From Naegleria gruberi (taxonomy: Eukaryota): 64,000 bases of DNA. The stretch's first letter is position 1, and every line of letters begins with the position of its first letter. The stretch lies in NCBI GenBank assembly GCA_000004985.1, contig GG738851.1; one strand, written 5' to 3'. Below are positions 44,458 through 57,700 of the stretch, piece by piece. The position numbers and the translations under genes are program-made. Under the pieces are notes generated by a model. That model saw nothing but the letters and a program-made list of their open reading frames with translations. It was not told where the DNA came from and ran no database searches.

Positions 44458-46272
44458 ATGTTTAATTCATTACAATTCAAACCAAAGATTGAACACCATA
44501 AAAAAATGAGCAAGACACAATTTCGTGATTACTATGAAGTTCTCGGAGTGACGAAGGAAGCTACGAAGGAAGAAATTAGAAAAGCCTACAAGAAGCAAGC
44601 TTTAGTGTGGCATCCGGATCGTAACTTGGATAATCAAGAAGAAGCCACACATAAATTTAAAGAAATTCAAGATGCCTACGAAACACTCTTTGATGATAAC
44701 GAAAGAGCATGGTATGATGAGAATAAACACATCATCATGAAGGGAGGTATGGCAGCAGCTAAATCCGGAGCTTGTGATGATGATGTGGACAGAGAACCTG
44801 ATCAATTGAATTTGTGGAGTTATTTATCATCATCATGTTACACAACATTTAATAGCAATGATAAGGACAATTTCTTCAAGATTTATCAAACAGTTTTTGA
44901 TACCATTCTCAAGGAAGATGAAGAATATAAATCATCGAAAAAAGTTGGTGGAAGTTCAAGTAATAATGCTAATATTCAAAGTCCTTCATTTGGAGATGAA
45001 AATTCATCATTCGAACAGGTTAACAAATTCTATACCTATTGGTCAACTTATAGTACAAAGAGATCTTTTGCTTGGAAGGATAAGTATAGATTATCGGATG
45101 CAGAGAATAGATATATTAGAAGACAAATTGAGAAGGAAAATGAAATGGAAAGAAACAAAGCTAGAAAGGAATATAATGATTTGGTTAAGCATTTACTGAA
45201 GAAGGTTAAGGCAGACGATCCAAGAGTTAAAGCCGAAATGAAGAGAAGAAAAAAGATGCAAGATGAAATTGAAAAAAAGAAGGAAGAAGATAGACTTTTA
45301 CAAGAAAAGTTAAAGAAGGAATATTTGGCTGAAAAGGAAAGACTCAGACAACAATTGTTGAATGATGAATTTTCAGATGATGATGCTGATGTTCATGATG
45401 ATTTTTCAGATGAGGAAGAATATAATCGAGCTCAGGATGCTCTTGATGAGGTTGAGAATTTATATGATAATTTCTATGTTAGTGACACCAAGAAGAAGAA
45501 TAATAAGAATGGAAAGAAACAAGTTGTTGAAGAGGAGGATAACGAAGAGGAAGAACAACCAAGTGGAGAGCAGGAAAATGAAGAAAAACCTGCAGCAGCA
45601 ACTGCTGAAGAGGAAGAATTAGTTATTGAGGAAGAGGATAACAAGAAACCAACAAGTTCAGAACAAAAACCAGCAGAAAATGCAGAGGAAGCACAAAATG
45701 ATGACGATGACAACTTTTTCGGTGATAAGAAATCAAAGAAGGACAAAAAGAAGCAAAAGAAGCTCAAGAAGGGTATTGTCTATTTGGATCGTGAACAAAT
45801 TGAAATTCTCAAAGAATCTATCGAACAATCAAAACAACAGGAAAAGACTAAATCATCCTCAAAGAAAAAGTCAGGAAAGAAAAAGAAGGGAGACGATAGC
45901 GATGATGATTTTGTTCCAAAGTCAACCACTAAGAAGAATGCTGAACCAGCAAAGACAAACAAGGCAAACACTCCTTCCACTAAGCCAACTTCAAGCAAGT
46001 CAACGGAACCAAAAGCAAGCAGTAGCAATTCTGAAACAGTTCAACAAGAGGAGCAACAACCAACTGAAGAAACCACTGAACAAGATACAACAGAAAATGT
46101 TGCTGATGAAGTTGAAACGGGTGGAAAGAAGGATAAGAAGAAGCGTAGAGCCAAGGATAAAAAGGAAAAGAAGGACACTTCACTCAAGTGTAATGTTTGT
46201 GGTGAAGAATTTACCACCAGAAATTCTTTATTCCAACATATCAAAGATGAAGGCCATGCATTACATAAATAG
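44458..46272 (+). CDS. DnaJ (J-domain) protein with C-terminal C2H2 zinc finger, DNAJC21/Jjj1-like ribosome-biogenesis co-chaperone. Real start is probably MSKTQFRDYYE near 44506.
   Basis: J domain DYYEVLGV...HPDRN. Long acidic/Lys-rich charged region. C-terminal LKCNVCGEEFTTRNSLFQHIKDEGHA C2H2 finger. Confidence 0.75.
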   Translation: MFNSLQFKPKIEHHKKMSKTQFRDYYEVLGVTKEATKEEIRKAYKKQALVWHPDRNLDNQEEATHKFKEIQDAYETLFDDNERAWYDENKHIIMKGGMAAAKSGACDDDVDREPDQLNLWSYLSSSCYTTFNSNDKDNFFKIYQTVFDTILKEDEEYKSSKKVGGSSSNNANIQSPSFGDENSSFEQVNKFYTYWSTYSTKRSFAWKDKYRLSDAENRYIRRQIEKENEMERNKARKEYNDLVKHLLKKVKADDPRVKAEMKRRKKMQDEIEKKKEEDRLLQEKLKKEYLAEKERLRQQLLNDEFSDDDADVHDDFSDEEEYNRAQDALDEVENLYDNFYVSDTKKKNNKNGKKQVVEEEDNEEEEQPSGEQENEEKPAAATAEEEELVIEEEDNKKPTSSEQKPAENAEEAQNDDDDNFFGDKKSKKDKKKQKKLKKGIVYLDREQIEILKESIEQSKQQEKTKSSSKKKSGKKKKGDDSDDDFVPKSTTKKNAEPAKTNKANTPSTKPTSSKSTEPKASSSNSETVQQEEQQPTEETTEQDTTENVADEVETGGKKDKKKRRAKDKKEKKDTSLKCNVCGEEFTTRNSLFQHIKDEGHALHK

Positions 46273-46280
46273 TTCAAAAA

Positions 46281-47440
46281 TTACGATAATATGTCAATCC
46301 ATCCTTGAATTTTTGTCTCTGAAAAGAAGGTCTTATCCTTCCATAATTTCAGTACAATTCCAACCTTTTCTTTGATTTCCTTATTATTGATAGCTAAAGT
46401 TGCTTGCAAAATTCCAATCATTCGATCTTGAAGTAAATTTAAATAGTTGGCTGAATGTGAAGGATTGTGGAGTAAATCATTGAACACATAAATGCATGCA
46501 AGTTTCTGAATTGGATTACTGGTTTTTTTAGCTGCAGAGAATACTTGTTTTATGACCATGTCTATAATTGTCTCTGCATGATTTGAATAATCCAAACAAA
46601 ATCCCATCAAGTTCATTATTGAATTTCGTTTTGTATCAATATTTTGTAACAGTTTGATTAAATTATTGGACATTTCCTCGGTAAATTCTGTATTGACTGT
46701 ATTCATTTCGAGATAAAGTTACATATTTCTAACACTTTGAAAAACTTACAATTCTTTTCAATTTCACTATTTGTACACCATTGAATATTAATTGGTTCTC
46801 CTCCAAATCTTCTCTTTTGCATTGCATGCATGGCACACTCTGCATCATACCTTTTCATTTCCAAATAGAAAATATTTTCACTATCATGAGATCCAAAACA
46901 TTGATCAACACTTCCAAACCTCGAAAATTCATCCTCTATTTCCTCTAATGAAATTCTAACATTTGATATTTTCAAATAACCATTCTTTTTGGTCTTTTTA
47001 GGCATATTCTTATTGGAAATTTCATCAAGAAAATCATTCATTTTCCTCTTCTTTTCCATTGGTGTATTATTCCTTTCTGTAGAATTATTATTTACATTAT
47101 TATTTAAATTATTTAAATTATTAGTATTCAAATTGCCCATCATTAATTTTGGTTGATAAATCAATGATTGTTCCGAACTTGAATTCTTTTCATTCATCAG
47201 CGCCGATGATACTAGTACCTTCTCACCATCATTTGATGCTGCTGCTATTGTTATGCTTCCCATCTGTACACCACTCTTTTTAAACTTTGGTGCTGCACTC
47301 AAATATTTGGCAAGTGTTGAGGAGGATGAAGAGGTTCCGGTTTGTATTGCAACTTGTTCCGATTGTTCATTCAATTCATCAACATATTTTTTCAATACTG
47401 CCTCTGCATCTGCATGATCCGAGTTTGCTTTTGGAGGCAT
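46281..47440 (-). CDS. Protein with an RRM-like region and a C-terminal CID (RNA Pol II CTD-interacting) domain, complement(join(46281..46696,46750..47440)), ~368 aa
   Basis: CID-like LIKLLQNI...IQKLACIYVFNDLLHN...LKLWKDKTFF. Upstream RRM-like GYLKISNV...IFYLEMKRYDAECAMHAMQKRRFGG. A proposed 53-nt intron (GTAAGT...ATACAG) joins the two ORFs. The alternative reading is two adjacent genes. Confidence 0.55.
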
Positions 47441-47671
47441 TTTGTTTTTTAAATTGTATATTATTAAATAATTATTAAATATTGCTGATTTGGAAAAATT
47501 AGCTGATGATTCAATATCCATCACAGATGATGAAACAACATCAAATTGAAGTAAGAGCACAAGTAACAACTTCCAATTGTCAAATTTTCATTTCAAATAG
47601 AGTTGTGATATTTTCGGCAGCAACAAGTCTAGCTTTCACAAATGTTTCCTGTCAAACAATAATTAAAAAAA

Positions 47672-48597
47672 ATGTCTAGTGATACTAAAGTAGTGATAGT
47701 TGGAGACGGTGCTATTGGAAAAACAAACTTTCTCTTGTCGTATGTATAACTTTAGACTAGTTTCTTATAGTTTCGAATAAAGTGGAGTAAACCATATCTT
47801 TCCTGAAGATTATAACCCAACAGTTGTTGATAACTTTGTAACGGAAACAACTTATAATGGTCGTACAGTCGGATTGACACTTTGGGATACAGGTTAGTAA
47901 TATTATTTATTGTAACAACTCAACATTTAAACTATTTAATTATTACAATAACAGCTGGTCAAGAAGACTTTGATGAACTCCGACATCTTTCATACTCAGG
48001 TTTGTACTCACGGAAATATTTTAATTTTTGACCTTTTTTCATCTAATTTTCGAAAATTTCCGTTTTTTTAATTAATATTTGTTGTTTTTCATTGTTGTTT
48101 CTGATTAGATACAAGTGTGTTTCTTATTGGTTTTGATGTTAGTAGTACGACAAGTTTGGAAAATATTCCTGTCAAGTGGATAAAAGAAGGTTAGTTTCTA
48201 TTAATAATTTCATCGAACCAACCAACAAAATATTCAAAAACATGAATCAAATTCGATTCAACAAACTCATTACATTATAATAGTTCGTCACTATTGTCCT
48301 GATACACCAATTGTACTTGTTGCACTCAAATGTGACTTGAGAGAGGATCCAGTCAAGGGTAAAGAATGTATTACATCCGAACAAGGAGAAGCTTTCAAGG
48401 AAAAGATTGGAGCTGTCTGTTATAGAGAATCATCTGCCAAACAACATAAGGGTATTGAGGAAATTTTCCAATTGTGTGCTCAAATTAAATTGGATCCTGA
48501 ATCTGTGGGCATTAAACCAAAGAATGCTTCATCGAATAATCAGAAATCCAATCAAAAGAAGGATGATGATAAGAAAGGTGGATGTTTAATGATGTAA
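47672..48597 (+). CDS. Rho/Rac-family small GTPase, join(47672..47739,47783..47892,47954..47998,48109..48189,48284..48597), 205 aa, CAAX box CLMM
   Basis: GDGAIGKT (P-loop), FPEDYNPTVVDNF (switch I), WDTAGQEDF (switch II), VALKCD (NKxD-like), C-terminal CLMM. Four GT..AG introns of 43, 61, 110 and 94 nt. The last exon's frame matches ORF 48337... Confidence 0.8.
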
Positions 48598-48701
48598 ATA
48601 TTTGAAACTTTACCATTTTGTAAAATAATAAATTCCAAATTCAATTTCATTGAATTTACCAACTTTTTTTATTGGTCTCTTAATAAACTGTTAAAAGATG
48701 T

Positions 48702-51700
48702 TTATTTGAAAACGATTTGTTCAAATTGTTCAACACTGGTGAATTTCAATAATTGGGTAGTGTAGAGAGTTGCAATGCCTTCAAGCTTGGATAATGCTTC
48801 CTGATCAATAGATTCCAATTTCTTGGACAATTTGACAATCCATTCTTCAGTGCTGGCATGTTTGATTGATTCCTTAATTGGCAAGCCTGATGGAGACTTT
48901 AAATGGTTTTGGAATGCATCAATTAGAGCAACAAATATCAGGGCAGGTCTTTGTGCATTGAACTTTTCTTCTTCAGAACCACTTGTGGTATTCTTAATGG
49001 TTGATACAACTCTTTCAATAACAATTTTCTTATAATGGTTCCATTCTTCTAGAGTCATCAAATAGAGAGATAATATGGCATTGTAGCTAATATTTTCCAA
49101 TTCAAGTGTTGTCTCCATGTCCGTGCTCAAAAAGCTTGTCAATAATGTTTCTTGTGTTTCTCTGTTCTTGTTGAGAGTATCCAAAATGTAGATACCCATT
49201 TGAATCATGAAAGGAATCAATTTAACTTGGTGAATAGCACTACCACCTCCAGAATCCTTTGAGAATGATTCTTCTTTAGCAAACTTGTTTAACAATAACA
49301 TCAAGTCGTGAGAGAGGAGATCAAAAGACTCTCTTCCAGTATTCTTTACGAGTGACAAATCTGATACGTACTTTTGAACAGCATTGGAATAATTGCTTGC
49401 TGAAGTCTTTGGACCCTTGAATGGGAAAAGGGCGTTACATTTGGTGAAAGAATTTCTGATTTGAGCACCTTCCCATTCTGTCTTTGGTGGATTTCTATTC
49501 TGGTCAGCGGTAACAGCAAGAGTGTGACAAGATGAGTGAATAGTATTAAATTGTGTAACTGAGGAGATGGCACTAGAGTTATCTGAAAGATAACAGTGCT
49601 TGCAGAACATGTAGGTTCCCAAAACTTCTTCTGGCTTGAAGCTATTACCATCACCACAAACAGAACACAAAATACCCTTGTCTTCCTCTTCTGCCTCATC
49701 AAAATTAAATGTAATCTTTGGTTGTTTCAATTGCTTGAGAGTCTTTTCACGTTTAGACATGGCTTTCTTCTTCTTTTCCTCTTTAGTACTCTTTCTAATG
49801 TTACTGATGATAGACTTGGATTGAGAGGATCCTTCTGCAATACTATTGAGAAGTGATTCAGCATATGTTGCAATCATCTTTTCCTCGGTATTTTCTTCAA
49901 TCTTGTGTAGAATTCTAAAGAGTGGTTCACTGTTGAGCAGATTATGAGTTGGAGAGTGGAACGTAACCAATCCTTGCAGCAAGTTAAGTGCATAAGGAAG
50001 TGCTGGTAAAGACAGTGATGATTTCCAATCTTGAGATTCTCCAAAGTGATTCAAAACAAAGTCCAGAGCTAACTTGGTGATACCCCTTTGAAGTATTTGA
50101 GTTTTAAGATTATTACCTGCAAAATCGTTTGGAATGCTGGTAACTACATTCACAAATGAGTCGAGATAGAACTTTTGCTTGGTAGTATTTTCAAATGTTT
50201 CAAACTTGAGATATGGCTCAAAATATTGAATTAGGTAATTCATTGGCTCCTCCAAACCATAGGTTAAGAAAGGTAATATGGATTGGACTGCTCCAACAAT
50301 CTTGGTGCTGCAAACTGGCAATCGTTCCAAGAACATTTTCAATTGTTCCAATATTTCCTCATTACTAATCTTGTACTTGTCTGATTTTCCAATAATATTT
50401 GGTGACATTGGTGATAAGTCTGATGAATCAACGTTGAAAATGTCAGCAGAGATAGGGCTAAGAGGACTACTCAAAGGACTTGCTGGTGTTTCATGACTCA
50501 TCTTGGTAGCCTCCTTGATGAGAGGTCTTATTACGAGGAGTAATAGTTCTGCAATTTCTGCCAAATCACCATGTTGGAAAACATATTTGCACTTGGAAAG
50601 TAGGCATTCAACAGAATCTATCATTAAAAATCTTCTTCTATTCAACTTGACATTAGTACAGTATTGCATGAATTGCAGAAGATTCTTGGCCAAGCTCTTA
50701 TCAGAGCTAAAATCTGTAATTGATCTTAAATAAGAAACCATAACTTCAATACCTCCATACTTGGAAATAATTCCTGTAATCTTACATCTTTGGGCAATAT
50801 TGATAGAATCATCTTCACTTGGGAGAGTATCCACATTATCTTCTGATGCTTCATCAATACCTTGGAATCTGTAAATAACTTCCATAGGAGCATTTGGAGT
50901 GCTACCTTCCATATTTCTTGTGAGCCAGACCTTTTCGTAAACTCTTGTAACTGGTAAGTTGAGAGCAATAATCTTGTTATTCACCAAAAGTTCGAATGGA
51001 ATATCTGAATGAATGGAGAGTTCCTCACAAATCTTATCCTTTACATCTGACATTAAAGCTGGTCCTCCAGAACTATTCTTAAAGTCTACAGAATTCCATG
51101 TTTGTCTTGACAGTCTTCCTTGGAAGTAGAATTCCTGGCTTGCTGCACGAACAAGTTTCAACTTGAAAACAGGTTCCTCCTTGATTGGTTGAATAATATT
51201 ATTCAATTTTTCAAAAACAAATAAGGCTGTTCTGTTATCACTGTAAAGTTTGAGAGTATCAACACAAGCAGCAATAAACAATTTCTTGTCATCTTCTGTA
51301 TCTTGAAGTTTTTCAGTGAGTGACTTGAGCATTTCATAACTGTCAGTTGTTGCCTTTGTTTTTTGAACAACAAGAGATTTGAGTGAGAGGAAACTTCCTA
51401 AAACTGTGCTAATATGTTGTTCGTTTGTCTTGAATTCTGTCAATATTTCTGGAATTATTAAGAATTCAGAGAGGAGAGAAACCAAAAAGTATAGACTGGA
51501 GCCAGTAGAAAGATCTTGACTTTGATTTGTGTTTGAATTTTCAAGTTTGTGTATGTAGCTCACTTCCTTCTTGAGCAACTTGCAAACAAAGCTCAAGAAG
51601 CCCTTACTTGAAAGTAATGTCTTTCTCTCTTCCTGTTTGACCAATTCATTGAAAAGTTTAAAGAAGCATGAAGATACCTCACCTCGTTTCATAGCTTCAG

Positions 51701-54700
51701 ATAATAGAGCAGTAAGAGCTTGGAGAATACCAATTTGTTTGTGTGAGTTGTCTAAACAAAGGGATTGTAATATTTGCAATGTCAATTCTCTCACAGTATT
51801 TGAGGAAAGGTTAAGGAGAGTATTGGAAAGGAATTCTCTACCTAGAATATCAAAGTCATTTCTTGGCAACTTCTTTGGAATTTGATTATTCTTGAACATT
51901 TCGAAAGTCATTTCTCCTTCCTTAACTTGATGATATCCAAAGTGTAATCCTCTCATTGGTACTACTGTTTGATCGGTAGTGCTGTGTTCTGAGGATGGTT
52001 TTGAATTTCCGTAAGAAATAAACTTTTGAAGAATAATCAAGCATGGTTTGATCATTTCTTCACAAATAATAACGGAAGAGCTGAACTTGGAGGTCTCTAA
52101 TAAAACCTCAAACAATAATTGGATTCTATTGTTAAAGAATGGATCTTTTTCATCAAAAGTTCTTTTCAAAAGTTCAGTAAGTGCTACCAATTGAGAGGTT
52201 ACATCGTAGCCCTTTAAAGTCTTTCGGCAGTACTTGACAATTTGTTCTTTGAGTTTGGAATTAACTTTTTCGCTGACTTGCTCATTTCCAAAGGATAGAC
52301 AAGTTAGCAATTTAAATGATTTTTCTTTCAATCCTCCTCTACTAATATTCTTGAATAGTTCTTCAACTAAATTGTCATTGAAATTTACGTCGTTATTGTC
52401 TTTAACTGTTAAGAAAAAGTCCATAACATTGGAAACAAAGTTATTTGCACAACCATAACACTTATTTTCGAACTGATTAGAAGATTGTGAACTTGTGCTT
52501 TCATGGTAATACTTCTTGTCTGATTGTCTGTTTGCAGAAATGTATTCTCTCAAATGCTTTCTTGTTGTGAGCATTAGCTTTTGGCAATGTGACAGCCCAC
52601 CATGGAGAGTCTTTGTTTCATTGTTATAAACATCTTGGAGAGAGGAAATAACTTCGGAGAGCTTTTGTTCCCCATAATCTCCTGTCTTTAACTTTACAAG
52701 CAGAGATTTAATCTCAGAACTCTTGGTCTTCAAAGCAGAAAGTTTAGCTTCACTTGAATTGAGTTGGTTGTCAATGATCTGTAAGGACTTTTTGCAATCA
52801 TCTTCATTTCTAATCTTGTCTCCAATGAATACTTGTTTGGCACTCAAAGAGAAGGCAAAAGTGGCAAACTTGCAAGTACCACAAGTGGAACAAATGAATG
52901 CGTCCAAGTTATCATAATTAATTCCCCTACAATTACTGCATGAAAATACATTTTCACCACATGAAAGACAAAGTCCATACTTGTCATAGACAGCAATTCC
53001 ACAAGAATCACAAAAGAGTGCATCCATAGAAGCCAAATCAAAGTAAAAGCTTGAAAATTCAACCAATAGGTTGCAACATGTAACTGGAACACTAAAAGTT
53101 AATGTGGCAGATTGCTCTCCTTTTGCAACATTCATTGTACCAGCCCTTTGCCAAACTGTTGAGTTTTTAGGTAAATCATTGGCGTCCAGTGCTTGGTTAT
53201 TGTTGAAATAAATTTCCACTGTTCTAATCATTTTGGATCTCTTAAAATCACTTATGTCAATTGACATTGATTCTATTGTGTAAGAATTAGAAAGCTTGTA
53301 GTAGTGAGATGAATGGGATTGTTTTTGACCTTGGATAATATCTTGTAAATTGAGTTCCTTGAAGTCAAGTTCAGGATCACTACAGACCAAACAAGGAGTT
53401 GTTTCCAAGTAATAACCAGAAGGTTCAACAGAAATATATTGTTGAATGGTATCATAAATGTAAGAATTAGGATGGTTACAAATCAATCCATTTTGTGATT
53501 GTAAACACTTGGCCAATTCATCAGCAATTAATTGCTTCTTTTCTGGATAGTGGTCATAGATTGGAATCAATAGGTTGTTCAAAAATTCTTTACCCTTCTT
53601 ACCGTAGTATGGCAAGGATTGAACTCTCTTTACGATGATGTTAAAAAGCATCTCCTTGTACTTGACACTGAATTGTACAAGTTTTGACATTAGGTGGGCA
53701 GCTTCTGCTCTGATTGTGTTTGTTTCTCCATTGAAAATAAAATCTACAAACTTATTTAACGTCTTTGCAGAGTGAGTAGTGATCAGAGAAGAAAGTTTTT
53801 GTAGAGTAGAGTCATTGTCTGATACAAAAGACATGTTCAGTAAAAGGAGAGGAATAGTAACGCTCTCATCCAATAAGAATGAAAACTCGAACAAGGCAGG
53901 CAAAACATTTTCATGTTCCATGCAGAAGTTGATCCAATTTTCTGGTCTTGCCTTGACACTATCCATAATATCGTTGACTTTAACTACTAATCTTCTTGCC
54001 TTTTCTGGTGACCAAACAGAGACAGGATCGGAACCATTGACAAAGTCTGACAGCTTGGACTTGAATAATTTTTCATCCATGAGTTTGTTGTAGAATTGCT
54101 CACTTCCACAAATCAAAAGAAGATTGTATTTTCCAATTGATCTGATGAATGGAGTTTCGTCTAGAGCAATGTTTGAGAAAAAGTTACTCCATTTTTGTTT
54201 GTCTGCTTCAATTACTGGTATTACATTAATAACATGTTTGAATAGTCTCAATACAACTTGTAAAACTATCTTGGGATAGGATGCAAATACATCAGACTTA
54301 TTTTCTTCCAGGTATGCCAATGAGAATATTGGAGAGAATAATCTGGTAGGAATTTCTTTTTGGCTTCTCAGTAAGCCTCCCATGATATCCTCAAAGTCAG
54401 CTTGATTTCCTGGAACAAACAATGCTAACATATCATCGCAAACAGACACCATGGATGTATGCAATTCAGGAATTGACTCTGTCAATAAATTACAAATTTC
54501 TTTTCTAAGTGAAGGAACAAACTTGGAATCAGAGGAGGTAGAAAGAAGAGAGGCAAGCATGGCCATGATGAGTGTTCTCTTCTCGCTTGCTGGGCTTTTC
54601 ATGGCGAGATTATTCAACAAGTCTGTAAAATTAAATGCTAATGAGCGAATAAATGTTGAAATACTTGTTTCATACTCATCTTCTTTCAAATTCGAACAGT

Positions 54701-57700
54701 ATTTAAGAATTGATACAGAAACAAGTTGAAGAATATTTAGCAATGAAAGAGAGTCGTGTGTCTTTTCTGTAAGGTCCACCAAATAGGTAGTGAAAATTTG
54801 TACTTTGTCATTTGGAACATTGCTGAAAGTCATCATGCTTGCCAAAGAGGTAGAGCAGCTTGTACGCACTGCCTCATCATCGTCCAATAGGAATTTAGAA
54901 ATTTGATCTAAAGATCCTGATTCCTTGTAAAATTCAATAAAGAGAATTGAGCTATACAGTTTGATTAAATTGTCATGATTCAAGTTTCCATCGAATTTGT
55001 TTTTTTCTATCAGTGAATAGAGTGTTTTCTTAAAGTCAACTTCGGACTTGATTTGGTCAAAAACTTGCTCATAATCAAATTCTATTGCCTCCAAATATTT
55101 AGAAATTACAATATCAATCTTGAAGGAGTCCATCTCTTGTAATTTCTTCTTTGAAATATATTTTAACTCAACTGCTGTTTTGGAAGTAACGAAAGATTTT
55201 GGTTCATCACAAAGAGAAATCATAGTAGAAATCAAATAGTCTTTAACCTCTTCAAACTTTGGTATCATTAGACATTCTGCCATAATGGAGAAAATATTAG
55301 TCTTGGATAATTTGGTTTCAATACCATTCTTTTGGAAGTAGTCAGAAATAGTTCTGTTCAAGAAGTATATCATAGATATTTCTTCTGAAGAGAAGGATAG
55401 CTTTTCTTCATGGTGCATGCTTGTTTCCTCCACAATCTTTGGCTCTAACTTCTTTTTGCTATAATTAAATCTAAATGTAGATGAAAAAGTACCAAATATT
55501 TTGATGGAATCTATTGCAGGTTCGTTTGACCCACCATGTACTGTTGAAAATTCAATCTCCAACTCTGACAAATCTAAAGCCTCTTGGTTTGTGAGAATAA
55601 TAGTGTACCACTTTTCAGTATCAACTTCAGTCTCTATTGTATGACTATTCATAAGGATGGAATATGGAATAGAGTTTTTGTTAGATTTTCCTACTAATAC
55701 TTGGATGTGAGTAAAGACATAATCATCTGGCTTTTTAACTTTGAATTTTAAATTGCTACCTTGCACGAAGAGAGTGTTATTTTCATCTAATGAATCTTTA
55801 AAAGAATCCAATCCAATATCATTGACCTTTTCCCCTTCAAAAGTGCATTTAGAGGTAATATCCTCACTTGTTTCTGTATCAATTGGTAAACTGTCCAAGT
55901 CTTTTGGTTTTTCAGTAACCACTGGCTTTGAAAGCTTTTGTTTAACCTTCTTTACAGACTTGGCACCGTGTCTCTTTCTCAATTCTTTGAATATTCTACT
56001 CTTTGGTGGTAGGGAAAGACAAGGAACGATCTCTTTGGTAACAGAATACTTAATCAACTCGCCACTGCTAAATAAGCCAATAATTGAGGAGTTTTTGCTG
56101 AATGGTGGTATACTCGTTATTCCTTGAATAGTGTGGGAATCTGGAGTATCTAAAATTTGGTATTCAACCTTATCCTTCAAAAAGTTAAATAGAACCAATT
56201 TGTAATTGCTGGTCATTACTGCAACAACACCACACATATCAATAGCTTCCACCACATGAGTAAAGAATCCAAGAGATTTAAAGCTAGAATCTTTGGAGAG
56301 TTCCAAGCAAGACAAAATTTTACCAGACAAATGATCAAGTTGCAAGGCGACAGATGTACCATCCGCATAACTTACAAATAACATATGAGCAAGTTCTGAA
56401 TAGAACACATATTTTCCTTCTGAGGAGCCATTGTGTGTTGTAATTGTGATACTATCAGTGAATGTAGCTTCACCACCACTATTGAAATAGCTTTGATAGT
56501 AAAGTTGACCTTTCTTTGTAAGAGCAAAACATGTCTTTAAATCCTTCATTCCATTTGGATCAGAGGCAAATACACTCGATGCAATCAAATCATCCTGAGC
56601 AGCAAAGTTAAATGTAGGACAGAAAGTGTCTGAAGACAGGTCATACACCTTAACAAATTGGTTTGTTGTAACAGAAAGTAAGCACTGTTCTCCGGGCAAC
56701 CATTGAATATCAATAATATAAGTCTCGGTAGGCATATCTTCACATGCCAAATAGAGAGGGATTTGTTGGATAACGTTGCATTCAGAGTCTAAAACTAGTA
56801 CGTGACATTCATAAATACCTGCAACTGCTAAAAAGTTGTCATTTTCTGGATTGAACTTGATGTGGACAACTTTGAAAGGAACTGAATGAGTATTCATAAT
56901 AACAGCATCACTTCTGGTATTGTCCTTTTTCATATTATCTGCAAAATTTGTCGTATTTTTCATGAAGGAAATGTCACTTTGTTCTGATAGGGCCATAGTG
57001 TTCGACAAATTTGAAGCAAGTAAATGTCTTGGCATTGGTTTACTTCTAAAAATGTTGACCTCTTGTCTTCTCTCGAACGTAACATTAGCAGTGAAGGAAG
57101 ATGCTGCAAAAGAGGCAACTCTTTCAGCCAAAACTTTTTGTGACTCGGAAACTGAAAAATCTTCTTGTAGACTCCAAGAAAAATTCTTGCTCTCTGATTC
57201 TGTGGTTTGCTTTTCATACTCTTGTTTCAATTCGGATAGAATGGAGATGAGTTTTTCAATTAGTGAGTCACTAACACAAAGAGTATTGCCATTGGATGAT
57301 TCAATAGGCGTAGCTTCTGAATCTGGTTTGTCTGATACATCCTCCAGGTCTACATTAAATCCAGAAGTTTTAATCAAACTATGACTTGCTTTGTAGGAAT
57401 TATTCTCCATATTTTCCTCAATCTCTGTATTTGATTGAATCACTGGACCCTCAAAGGTGAAAACCTTCTCACTATTGGTTCTTTCCTTGAGATACTTCAA
57501 AATTTGACGATTGGATTCACCACGTTTAGAATCTAAATCTCTTTCCAAGTACTTGCATAAAAATGTACAAATAGACTCAATGATATGAACGTCCTTCTTT
57601 GCAGTTGGTGAGTCCAAAATCTCCACAAAACTATCAAGCAACTTGTCACCTCTGCTGATAGAATTAAATAATGGGAATAAATCTTGGGAAAGCTCGTCAA

